Origin: Candidatus Acidiferrales bacterium
GTDB lineage: Bacteria > Acidobacteriota > Terriglobia > Acidiferrales > 2-02-FULL-67-57
Direction of reading: 5' to 3'
Assembly: GCA_965247455.1 (NCBI GenBank)
Contig: CBDFHE010000003.1
Span: 3,332-67,331, forward strand
DNA: 64,000 nucleotides
In this document: positions 40,027 through 48,336 of the stretch, piece by piece
How positions within the stretch are numbered: the stretch's first letter is position 1
Layout of the letters: every line of letters begins with the position of its first letter
Made by a program: the position numbers and the translations under genes
The notes under the pieces: generated by a model
What the model was told of the DNA's origin: nothing
What the model saw: only the letters and a program-made list of their open reading frames with translations
Databases searched by the model: none

Positions 40027-40725
40027 GTGAGAAACTGCTGCCCCGCCATTCTAGCGCTCGCACCGGTGCTCGCTCTGGCCGGAGCATCCCCGGCCTCGGC
40101 GCAGCGCCTGCCCCTCAGCTTGGGCGGGGTCAGAGCCACTACGGCTGTCCAATCCTTGCAGGAGATCCGTCAGGCCCGCATCGTGCGTCAGCGCTGGGAC
40201 CTCAGTTGCGGGTCGGCGGCGTTGAGCACGCTTTTGACCTATGACCTTAGCGACCCCACACCCGAGACCGCGGTAGTGGTTTGGGTGCTGCACCGGACCG
40301 ACCCGGTGCGCGTCCGATCCCGGGGAGGGTTTTCCCTCCTGGACCTAAAGCGGTTTGTCCAGTTTCGCGGGTACAACGCGGAAGGGTATGCCGACCTCAG
40401 TCTGGACGAACTGGCGGGGCTGGGTGGGGCGGCCATCGTCCCGATCCGGATCAAAAGCTACGACCACTTTGTGGTGTTTCGTGGTGTGATGGGCGGCCGA
40501 GTGATCCTGGCCGACCCGACTTTCGGCAATTTGACCATGGCAGTGGAGCGGTTCCTCAAAATCTGGAAGAACGGCATCGGGTTCGTCGTGCTTCCCCGGA
40601 AGCCCTCTTCCGCTCCCGGCCAAGCGGCTGCGCGGGCCGAGAAATTACCCTTTCCCGACGTTGGCTCCATCTATCGGGGGCTGCGCGCAGGTGGCCTCGC
40701 TCCCCTGACTCGGCGGTCCCCCTAA
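40027..40725 (+). CDS. Standalone periplasmic C39-like cysteine peptidase
   Basis: GTG start 2 nt after the P3 stop, with signal peptide ..ALAGASPASA. Candidate catalytic residues are Cys in QRWDLSCGSAALSTLLTY and His/Asp in YDHFVVFRG...VILADP. There is no ABC transporter domain. Confidence 0.75.
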   Translation: MRNCCPAILALAPVLALAGASPASAQRLPLSLGGVRATTAVQSLQEIRQARIVRQRWDLSCGSAALSTLLTYDLSDPTPETAVVVWVLHRTDPVRVRSRGGFSLLDLKRFVQFRGYNAEGYADLSLDELAGLGGAAIVPIRIKSYDHFVVFRGVMGGRVILADPTFGNLTMAVERFLKIWKNGIGFVVLPRKPSSAPGQAAARAEKLPFPDVGSIYRGLRAGGLAPLTRRSP

Positions 40726-40728
40726 GAC

Positions 40729-41913
40729 ATGATTCGACGCTGGTCCAAAACGGAGAGTGTCTCGCGAGCGCTCATCCTTCTGCTTCTTCTCGCGGCCGGG
40801 ACCCCAGTGGTGCGCGCAGATGATCAAGATGACAAGATCAAAAAGCTCCGGGAAGCCTTGCAACAGCGTGACCAAGTGATTCTCGACCTCCTCCGGCGCG
40901 TGGAAGCGCTGGAGCGGAAAGTCCAAGGACTGAGCGCTTTTTCTACCTCTCCCACAACGGCGAAAGCCAGCAAACCTTCCGAACAAGACCCGGTGCCTCC
41001 CCGGGCGGGAGAGTACGACGAAGAGGAGCGGCTGGCCCAAGCCGCCTTGGAGCGCACCCTGATCCAAAAAGGCGGCCTGCTGCTGCCTCCTTGGACGCTC
41101 GAAATTGAGCAGAGTTTCACCTACTTCAATTCCTCGTCGGATGTCATCAGCATCGACGGGTTCGCGATTTTCCCGGTTCTGGTGGTGGGAGACATTGTCT
41201 CGGAGCGCGTGCGCCGCGACATTCTCCTGCCCGCCTTCACCACCCGGCTGGGTCTGCCGGGGAATTTCCAGTTTGACGTCCGGGTACCGGTCGGGTATGA
41301 GGTGGAACGAACCGTGACAGCGGACGAGCAAGAGCGAAAGCGGAGCATCTTTGCGTTAGGCGACATAGAGTTCGGGTTGTCCCGTCAACTCATGCGGCAG
41401 CGGGGAGCACGGCCCAACCTGCTGGCCGGCTTCCGCTGGAAAACCGTCACCGGGCCCGACCCGTTTGCCCTGGCCTCCACCACACCGGCGCCGGGAACCG
41501 GCTTCCGCAGTTGGCAGGCAACGTTGACGGCGGTCAAGGTGCGCGACCCGGTGGTGTTTTTCGGTGGCTTCTCCTACACCAACAACCTAGCTGCCAGCAA
41601 GCCGGTGGGCCGTATCAACCCCGGCAACTCGTGGGGGTACCAGCTTGGCTTGGCCCTGGCGCTGAACCTGGAGTCCTCCATCAGTTTCGGCTGGGATCAA
41701 CAGTTCGCCGGGCGGACGTCCCTGGACGGCGGTTCAGTACCCGGATCCTTTCTCTCCACGGGAACTTTCCGCGTGGGCAGTTCCTACGTGCTGGCGCCGG
41801 GACGCTCGGTGGATGTGGGCCTCGGGATCGGCCTCACCCGGGATGTTCCCGACTTTCAGTTTAGCTTTGCTTTGCCCTTCCGCTGGGTTCTGCGCTCGCG
41901 CGCCGCCCGCTAG
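40729..41913 (+). CDS. Outer-membrane protein with an N-terminal coiled coil, disordered linker and beta-barrel (FapF-like architecture)
   Basis: Signal peptide ..GTPVVRA, then heptad-like KIKKLREALQQRDQVILDLLRRVEALERKVQGL. This is followed by the S/T/P-rich linker and then amphipathic beta-strand patterns ending ..FQFSFALPFRW. Confidence 0.7.
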   Translation: MIRRWSKTESVSRALILLLLLAAGTPVVRADDQDDKIKKLREALQQRDQVILDLLRRVEALERKVQGLSAFSTSPTTAKASKPSEQDPVPPRAGEYDEEERLAQAALERTLIQKGGLLLPPWTLEIEQSFTYFNSSSDVISIDGFAIFPVLVVGDIVSERVRRDILLPAFTTRLGLPGNFQFDVRVPVGYEVERTVTADEQERKRSIFALGDIEFGLSRQLMRQRGARPNLLAGFRWKTVTGPDPFALASTTPAPGTGFRSWQATLTAVKVRDPVVFFGGFSYTNNLAASKPVGRINPGNSWGYQLGLALALNLESSISFGWDQQFAGRTSLDGGSVPGSFLSTGTFRVGSSYVLAPGRSVDVGLGIGLTRDVPDFQFSFALPFRWVLRSRAAR

Positions 41914-41915
41914 CA

Positions 41916-41937
41916 GTCTTTGGTCTCACACAAAGAC
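41916..41937 (+). terminator. Weak terminator-like hairpin after the OMP gene
   Basis: 7 bp stem gtctttg/caaagac with an 8 nt loop, 3 nt after the stop codon. There is no clear T-run. Confidence 0.3.
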
Positions 41938-42025
41938 CTCAGCACTTCTTTCAATCGACGCTCCACGAAGACAACCTCCGAGCTCCATTTCGGTTAGACC
42001 GTGCCGAAACCATTTCCTTTCTGGC

Positions 42026-42247
42026 GCAAGCGCGTGGCGGCGGCGGACTTTATCAACGGCCTGCACCTGAAGAGCGGGGAAAGGCTAGAAACCACCTAGC
42101 GCCACCATCACGGCCTCTGGGTTCGGCAACCAGAGGCCCTTCCTGCTGTCTCGAAAACCTTGAGTTAACCGCGCCCCCAATTGCTTGATAGAGCGCTGCT
42201 TGGGTACCCCAACTCTGGTGTGTGAAAACTACATGCCTTTGGCACAG
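42026..42247 (+). repeat. Direct repeat copy B (pseudo-3-prime end of fmt)
   Basis: Encodes ..RVAAADFINGLHLKSGERLETT*, compared with authentic ..RVAAADFINGLHVKSGEKLETT*. It then follows the same downstream sequence as copy A. Confidence 0.85.
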
Positions 42248-42464
42248 CGGTACGGAGATCCAGCGCGGGCTCACGCAGCCACTTGCTTGGCTACCCCAGG
42301 CCAGACAAGCCGAATCGGTCCCGCCGGGGAGGGCCACAATGACCGGAGGCAGGTCCACCACCGGTGCCCGCATCCGTGCTTCCTTCGCGACTCTTGCCAA
42401 ACCTCCTTGTAGGCTCAACCGCCCAGCCGTTTACAATCTACTGAAAAAGAAGCGAATATAGTTC

Positions 42465-42512
42465 TTGACAGCCACTCAGTTCATGGTAGTATATATTAGT
42501 CTAATAAGACTA
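42465..42512 (+). promoter_or_regulatory. Candidate promoter plus palindromic operator upstream of the ParB-like gene
   Basis: TTGACA at 42465-42470, with an AT-rich -10 candidate (tagtat/agtata) 16-17 nt downstream. The palindrome TAGTCT-aata-AGACTA lies at 42497-42512. Confidence 0.4.
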
Positions 42513-42535
42513 TATTAAACTATAAGAGACCAACA

Positions 42536-43573
42536 ATGACTAAGACAATCCAGGCCCCCGAGAAAACGAACGAACTCACCATCCGCATCGGCAACCGGGA
42601 CTTTGTGCTAGAGCGCAAACAGGTGCCTATTTCCTTCCTGAAGCTCGATCCTTCCAACCAGCGCCTTAGCTATCAACTGACCCAGCTCCGCAAGCAGGGT
42701 AAGGTCGGGACGGATGCGCAGCTTCATGAACTGCTCTGGTCCATGGACGCCGTCAAGGATCTCTACCAAAGTGTGCTCCGAAATGGCGGGCTGATGCACG
42801 ACCCTTTCCTCAAAAGTGAAGGCCTCGTAGTCGAAGGCAACTGCCGCACCGTTGTGCTCCGTGAGCTCCACAAGAAGTATCCAAAGGAAGAGCGGTTCGC
42901 AAAGGTCTATGTCCAGATTCTTCCGGGAAACTTTTCGGAGGAGCAGCTTGTTAAGCTCCTCGGTGAACTGCACATCGCAGGTAAGATCGAGTGGCGCGCC
43001 TATGAACGGGCAGAGTATGTCTGGAAGATGAACAAGCAGTTTGCGAAGACTTACGACTTTCTGACTGCTCACCTTCGGTGGCCGAGGGCCAAGATCGCTC
43101 AAAAAATTGCAGCCTATGAAGAAACCAATATCTACCTCGCGGAGACGGCTGATCCACAGGGTATCAACCGATTCTCACACTTCGAGGAATTCATGAAGAA
43201 GAAGGAACTCCGCGAGAAGCGGAGTAAAGACCCTCAATTCATGAAGAACTTTCGCAAGTGGGTATTCGTCGGGAAATTCCCGGACGCCAAGCATGTCAGA
43301 ATCTTCCCCGACGTTCTGGCTAACCAGCGCGCTATGAAGGAGTTCGAGCGCAAAGACATACGCACGGCCGAACGAGTATTGAACGAGACGGACCCCGCGA
43401 GGAGCTCTGACTACTATTGGAGCATGGCGCAAACCACGCAGCAACTTAGGAATACACCACTGTCGGAAGTGAACGACCTCAGGAACGGCAACGGTGCGAA
43501 GGTCGAAAAACTGCGCGATCTCTATCGTGCCCTACTGGACGTCGCTAAGACTGCGGGCGTATCCTTGAGCTAG
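42536..43573 (+). CDS. ParB/Srx-fold N-terminal domain protein (ParB-like nuclease/NTPase domain)
   Basis: ISFLKLDPSNQR and VVEGNCRTVVLREL resemble the ParB N-terminal box motifs. The gene is AT-richer than the surrounding core genes. Confidence 0.55.
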   Translation: MTKTIQAPEKTNELTIRIGNRDFVLERKQVPISFLKLDPSNQRLSYQLTQLRKQGKVGTDAQLHELLWSMDAVKDLYQSVLRNGGLMHDPFLKSEGLVVEGNCRTVVLRELHKKYPKEERFAKVYVQILPGNFSEEQLVKLLGELHIAGKIEWRAYERAEYVWKMNKQFAKTYDFLTAHLRWPRAKIAQKIAAYEETNIYLAETADPQGINRFSHFEEFMKKKELREKRSKDPQFMKNFRKWVFVGKFPDAKHVRIFPDVLANQRAMKEFERKDIRTAERVLNETDPARSSDYYWSMAQTTQQLRNTPLSEVNDLRNGNGAKVEKLRDLYRALLDVAKTAGVSLS

Positions 43574-43626
43574 TCGGCGATCATCTGCTCTCGGCTTTGC
43601 AGTACGCATGCCAGCACGGAGGCACC

Positions 43627-43859
43627 ATGGAAGATCGTATCATCGCTCGGTTGCGGAAGAGTGAAATCGAGGAGATCGTCATAGCTCTTCGCACGTATCA
43701 AGGGAATGAATTTGCGGATTTTCGCATCTTCTTCGGCGCACGTGGACAAGAGACACGGCCAACGAAGAAAGGATCACGATCCCCCTCGAACTATACAGCG
43801 AATTTCGTCGGTCCATAGAACTGCTGGACGGCGAAATGGCCAAGGAAGGTTGGTCCTAG
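43627..43859 (+). pseudogene. PC4/p15-like small ssDNA-binding protein with a 1-nt deletion near 43774
   Basis: MEDRIIARLRKSEIEEIVIALRTYQGNEFADFRIFF..RPTKKG, then in the -1 frame ITIPLELYSEFRRSIELLDGEMAKEGWS*. The span is 233 nt, one short of 78 codons. Confidence 0.5.
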
Positions 43860-44080
43860 TAGCAGCCTAAAAAGAAGGCAAACCGAACCAACAGGATAGC
43901 AATTTAGAACCGAACTCCGGAACCAGGGGCTGCCTGTAGCCTTTGGGTCGCGTTTCCACCAGCGACTTAGCGACGTGGCCTCGGCCCGGAAACCCACGGG
44001 GGCGGGTCAGGTGATGAACATCACGGAAAAGAATCAGCCGCCGTGATGTGCTAGAATGGCAGCAGCTCGAGGGGGAAGGA

Positions 44081-44779
44081 ATGAGGGTAGCGCGAGCCAA
44101 AGAGGGGGTGGAGATAGCGCCGTCAATTTTGGCGGCGGACTTTGCCCGTCTGGGCGAGCAGATCGTCGAGCTCAAGCAAGCGGGCTGCACCCTGCTGCAC
44201 GTGGACGTGATGGACGGGCACTTCGTGCCCAACATCACCATCGGCCTTCCAGTGGTGGCTTCCCTGCGCAAGGCAACCGATCTGGCGCTTGACTGCCATC
44301 TAATGATTGCGGAGCCCGACCGCTTCGTTGAGCGCTTCGCGGAGGCGGGCGCGGACATGATTTCGGTCCACCAGGAAGCGACGCCGCACCTGGATCGGAC
44401 GCTGGAAGTCATTCGGGCCGCCGGCGCGCAGGCCGGCGTGGCCTTGAACCCCGCCACCCCGGTGGCGACGCTGAGCGAAGTGCTGGGGACGCTGGATTTC
44501 GTACTGGTCATGTCGGTCAATCCCGGTTTCAGCGGACAAGAGTTCCTTCCCGGCGCGCTGGAAAAGATACGCCAGCTCAGCGAGTGGCGGGCGGCGCAGG
44601 GAGCAGATTTTCGTATTGAAGTGGATGGCGGAATTGGGGTAAAAACGATTGAAGCGGTTGTACGCGCGGGGGCTGACGTTGTGGTTGCCGCCAGCGCCAT
44701 CTTCCACACTTCCAATCCGCGCGCCAGCTTTGAGCAACTGCGGAGGGCGGCTTCGCTGGCGACCGCCACCAAAGTCTAA
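44081..44779 (+). CDS. rpe: Ribulose-phosphate 3-epimerase
   Basis: IAPSILAADF, HVDVMDGHFVPN, MSVNPGFSGQ and VDGG. The start is chosen at the ATG after SD gggggaagga and an extended -10 (TGcTAGAAT, 44049-44057). Confidence 0.85.
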   Translation: MRVARAKEGVEIAPSILAADFARLGEQIVELKQAGCTLLHVDVMDGHFVPNITIGLPVVASLRKATDLALDCHLMIAEPDRFVERFAEAGADMISVHQEATPHLDRTLEVIRAAGAQAGVALNPATPVATLSEVLGTLDFVLVMSVNPGFSGQEFLPGALEKIRQLSEWRAAQGADFRIEVDGGIGVKTIEAVVRAGADVVVAASAIFHTSNPRASFEQLRRAASLATATKV

Positions 44780-44798
44780 GCCCGCAGCGAGGGAGGGA

Positions 44799-46016
44799 GT
44801 GAAGGGGCGAACGAAGCGCGTTCTTTTCTTTGCGGCGCTGGCAGTGTTGCTGGCCGCAGCGGCCGGCTGCCATCGCCACAAGCACCAGGACCTCGACCCG
44901 ACGGAGTCGGCGGAGCCCGACCGAATCCTCTATGAGAAGTCGCTGGAGGACATCAAGAACAAGCGCTTTGAGGTGGCCCGCCTGACCCTCCAGACCCTGC
45001 TCAACGCCTACCCCGACAGCGACTACTTGGCCGACGCCAAGCTGGCCATCGCGGACTCCTACTACGAGGAGAGCGGCTCGGCCAACCTTACCCATGCCGA
45101 GGTGGAGTACAAGGACTTCATCACTTTCTTTCCCAACTCCCCCGCGGCCGGCCGGTCCCAGTACCGCGCCGCCATGTGTTCCTACCGGCGGCTGGAACTG
45201 CCCGACCGCGACAACACCTACGCCCTCCGTGCTGAACGGGAATTCCAGCTCCTGCTCCGCAACTTTCCGGAAAGTGAATACACCGCTGAAGGAGAGCGCA
45301 AGCTGCTGGAAGTGCAGGAAGTGCTGGCCGAAGGGCAGTTCCGCGTGGGGCGCTTTTACTACGTCAAGAAGTCGTACTTGGCCAGCATTTCTCGCCTGAA
45401 CGAGGTGGTGGAACGCTACCCCAACTATAGCAAGCGCGACCGCGCCCTCTGGATGCTGGCGCGGATTTACCACGTTCCCAATCCGCCGGCCTGGTCCGGG
45501 GACCAGGAGCGCGCCGCCCACTACTACGGGCGCATCGTCCGGGAACACTCCTTGGGCAGCTACTTTGAGGATGCCAAAGTGGAGTTGGCTCGCATGGAGC
45601 GTCCCCTCCCGGAGCCCGACCCCGTGCTGCTGGCGCGCGCCCAGAACATCGAGACCGTGGGCAGCAAACCCGAGCGCCCCGGGTTGTTGGGACGTGTGTT
45701 CCGGCGCTTTACCGGGCGGCCCGATACCTCGGCGGCGGCGGCACGGCTGGGCCCGCCTCCGCTGGAGCCTCCGGAGAACATTTCTGATCCGGCTCTGCCG
45801 GCCCAACGCGCCGCCGGCAGCCAGGGAAGATCGGTGTCGGTGCAGACGGCAGAAGACCTGCCGGCGGGCACCGTGCAGACCGTCCCCGCCGGCGCCGAAG
45901 ACCAGGGCACCGCGGCCGCCCAGAAGCAGCAGGTGGCAGACGCCACCCAGCGCAAAAACCAGAAGCAAGCCTCCGGCAAGAAGAAGTCCTTCTGGCGCAA
46001 ACTCCTCCCCTTCTAG
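44799..46016 (+). CDS. bamD: Outer membrane protein assembly factor BamD-like TPR lipoprotein with a long C-terminal extension
   Basis: GTG start after SD gggaggga. Lipobox LLAAAAGC. YfiO-like blocks include AKLAIADSYYEE and GQFRVGRFYYVKKSYLASI. Confidence 0.7.
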   Translation: MKGRTKRVLFFAALAVLLAAAAGCHRHKHQDLDPTESAEPDRILYEKSLEDIKNKRFEVARLTLQTLLNAYPDSDYLADAKLAIADSYYEESGSANLTHAEVEYKDFITFFPNSPAAGRSQYRAAMCSYRRLELPDRDNTYALRAEREFQLLLRNFPESEYTAEGERKLLEVQEVLAEGQFRVGRFYYVKKSYLASISRLNEVVERYPNYSKRDRALWMLARIYHVPNPPAWSGDQERAAHYYGRIVREHSLGSYFEDAKVELARMERPLPEPDPVLLARAQNIETVGSKPERPGLLGRVFRRFTGRPDTSAAAARLGPPPLEPPENISDPALPAQRAAGSQGRSVSVQTAEDLPAGTVQTVPAGAEDQGTAAAQKQQVADATQRKNQKQASGKKKSFWRKLLPF

Positions 46017-46134
46017 TAGTCCTTCCGGTGTTGCCGTGCTGGACGTGGGTTGAATCCGGCTTGACTCTGTTTGCGGCTGCGTTTAGCGCGCGGAGCAAGG
46101 GAGGGGAGAACAAACAGCGGGGTCGGAGACACAG

Positions 46135-47424
46135 GTGGCAGGCAAAGTTCTGATTGCAGACGACAGCTTAAAAATCCAGCGGCAGCTCACCGAGATGCTT
46201 CAGGGCGCGGGGGTCGAGGTGGTGAGCGTGTCGAACGGCGAGCACGCCGTGCGCAAGCTCCCGGACGTGCGCCCGGACGTGGTGCTGGCTGATATCTTCA
46301 TGCCGGTCCGCTCCGGCTACGAGGTGTGCGAGTACATCAAGAACCACAGCGACTTCGCTTACGTCCCGGTCCTGCTGCTGGCCAGCACGCTCGAGCCCTA
46401 CGATGAAAAGGAAGCCGGCCGCGTGCGGGCCGACGGCAAGTTGGAAAAGCCTTTCGCCAAGCCGGAAGATACTCTCGGCACCATCCAGGGGTTTCTGGAA
46501 CAGGCGGTCGCACAGCGCCCGGCTGAGTCTGCGCCGCCGGAGCATGCCGTGGCTGAACCGGCGCCGGTCGTGCCTGAACCCGAGCCGGAACCGGAACCGG
46601 AGGAAGAGATTCCCGCTCGTCCAGCGTTGAAATTCGAGCCCACCGAAACTCCGATGAGCTTCACCGAGATGTTGGAAGAGGCGCCGGCGGCGGAAGGAGA
46701 ACAGGAGGAAGCCGCGCCTGCGGCTGAGCCTCCTCTTGTCCCGGAGCCGCTCGCCCCAGAGCCGGCTGCTGAGGCTCCCCCCGCGAAACCCGACGAAGAA
46801 ACTATTATCGCGCCGACCAACTTGGCCCAGCCGTGGGAAATGACCGGACCGCAGGAAGGCGCGCCCGAAATTCCTACGGGCGCCGACTGGGACAGCCAAT
46901 GGAAAGATGGGGGAGGATCGGCGGTCGCGGAAGAGGCGGGAGGTTCGTCCGCAGCAGAGGAGACCGCCTCCGCCGCCGAGGAACCCTCAGCGGAGGGAGC
47001 AGCAGCCGCCGAAGAACCCCTTGCGGCGGCCGAGGAGCCGGCGGTGACCGCGGAGGGTGCGGCGGAAAAATCTACCTGGGAAGTGGAAGAAACTGCGGCG
47101 GTCGAGGAAACCTCAGCCGAAGAGCCCGCCCCTGTCGCAGAAGAGCCTGCGAGCGCGGAAGAGAGTTCTACGGAAGAAGCTGCGCCGGCAGAAGCCGCGC
47201 CCGCCGCCGAGTTTGGCGGCACCTTCGACCAGGCCATCGCCAAGTCGGCGCGTGAAGCCGTGGCCGAGGTCGCCGAAACGCAGCACATCGTCAACCCGGC
47301 GGTGGTGGAAGAAGTCGTCAAACAGGTTCTGGAGCAGCTCTCCCCGCAGGTGACGGAAGCCATCGCCCGCGAAATCGTGCGTCCCCTGGCCGAAAACCTC
47401 CTCAAAGGAAAACTCAAAGAATAG
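46135..47424 (+). CDS. Response-regulator receiver protein with a long acidic Ala/Glu/Pro-rich region
   Basis: The receiver is KVLIADDS...VVLADIFMPVRSG...KP. It is followed by ~230 residues of low complexity (PEPEPEPEPEEE, AAEE repeats) and a short structured C-terminus. Confidence 0.75.
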   Translation: MAGKVLIADDSLKIQRQLTEMLQGAGVEVVSVSNGEHAVRKLPDVRPDVVLADIFMPVRSGYEVCEYIKNHSDFAYVPVLLLASTLEPYDEKEAGRVRADGKLEKPFAKPEDTLGTIQGFLEQAVAQRPAESAPPEHAVAEPAPVVPEPEPEPEPEEEIPARPALKFEPTETPMSFTEMLEEAPAAEGEQEEAAPAAEPPLVPEPLAPEPAAEAPPAKPDEETIIAPTNLAQPWEMTGPQEGAPEIPTGADWDSQWKDGGGSAVAEEAGGSSAAEETASAAEEPSAEGAAAAEEPLAAAEEPAVTAEGAAEKSTWEVEETAAVEETSAEEPAPVAEEPASAEESSTEEAAPAEAAPAAEFGGTFDQAIAKSAREAVAEVAETQHIVNPAVVEEVVKQVLEQLSPQVTEAIAREIVRPLAENLLKGKLKE

Positions 47425-47471
47425 CTGTCATCCGCTGAACCCCCGCAGCCCTCGGTGGTGGATCAGTTTAC

Positions 47472-47649
47472 AAATGGGACGATCGCGCCGAGCCCCGTGG
47501 CCTGTCCTGCCTGTCCCGAGCGTAGCCGAGGGAAGCGGAGCCGAAGGGCACCTGCCACGGGGCGTTTGTACCACCTTAATCCACCCGGCGGCCTGCCCGC
47601 CCTAGGCGGGCAGGCCGCCGGGCTCAGCGGCAAAATCAATATCGTGAAA
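47472..47649. repeat. ~180 bp intergenic repeat element, copy 2
   Basis: Colinear with 31360-31555. It contains the perfect palindrome gcctgcccgcc-cta-ggcgggcaggc. Confidence 0.75.
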
Positions 47650-47650
47650 C

Positions 47651-47682
47651 AGACCCACTACCCAGTCCTCGGTAGTGGGTCT
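47651..47682 (+). terminator. Stable hairpin downstream of the repeat element
   Basis: 11 bp perfect stem agacccactac/gtagtgggtct with a 10 nt loop, followed by gtttcc. Confidence 0.4.
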
Positions 47683-47946
47683 GTTTCCGGTTAGCCGACT
47701 ATACGGTCAGTTGTGCCTCCACAGCACTCGACCTTCTTCGGAAACCCTCCAGCGAGAGCGGCGGAATTATCCGGACTGACCGGCCCGGCCTGAAATCGTG
47801 AGGAAAGTTGTTGGGCATGGAAGAAGAAGTTACAATCAAACCGGTCGCCGCCCCGGCTCGCCGCCGGCGGTTTCGTCTTAGGCCGACCAGGACCGGTTTT
47901 ATCCAGGTCAGCCTAAACAGGACTTAGAACTCACTAAGCTGCTAAG

Positions 47947-48336
47947 ATGAAGAACAAGCAAACCATCCAGGAGTACATAAATAACTTTCGTCGCCGTCTG
48001 GCGCCATACATGCGGCCAGGCATCGGCCTTGCGTGCACGGTTTTTCCGGCCAATTCACAGGGCGCAATCCTAGAGTTCAAGATTGGGCCAGGAATCTCTA
48101 ACACCGACGAGTTCAGGCCGGAGAGCGAAACCGTTAACGAAGCCTTGACAGGAATTGAGCAACGAGCGTTTGGTGGAAATCTTTCTGGCTTCAAGTTTGG
48201 TGGCACAAACGTCATCATGGAAGATAACCGGATCATCTTAGTCAAGGGCGAGGACGATCCAAGCCAATGGAACGATTCTGCCGCAGATACTGATGTAAAG
48301 CGCATTCTGCCCCCTGCAAATGGGGGTGGAAAATGA
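47947..48336 (+). CDS. Hypothetical soluble protein (orphan, AT-richer islet)
   Basis: 129 aa ORF with coding-like composition. Its stop overlaps the start of the next ORF (ATGA at 48333). No family was recognised. Confidence 0.5.
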   Translation: MKNKQTIQEYINNFRRRLAPYMRPGIGLACTVFPANSQGAILEFKIGPGISNTDEFRPESETVNEALTGIEQRAFGGNLSGFKFGGTNVIMEDNRIILVKGEDDPSQWNDSAADTDVKRILPPANGGGK

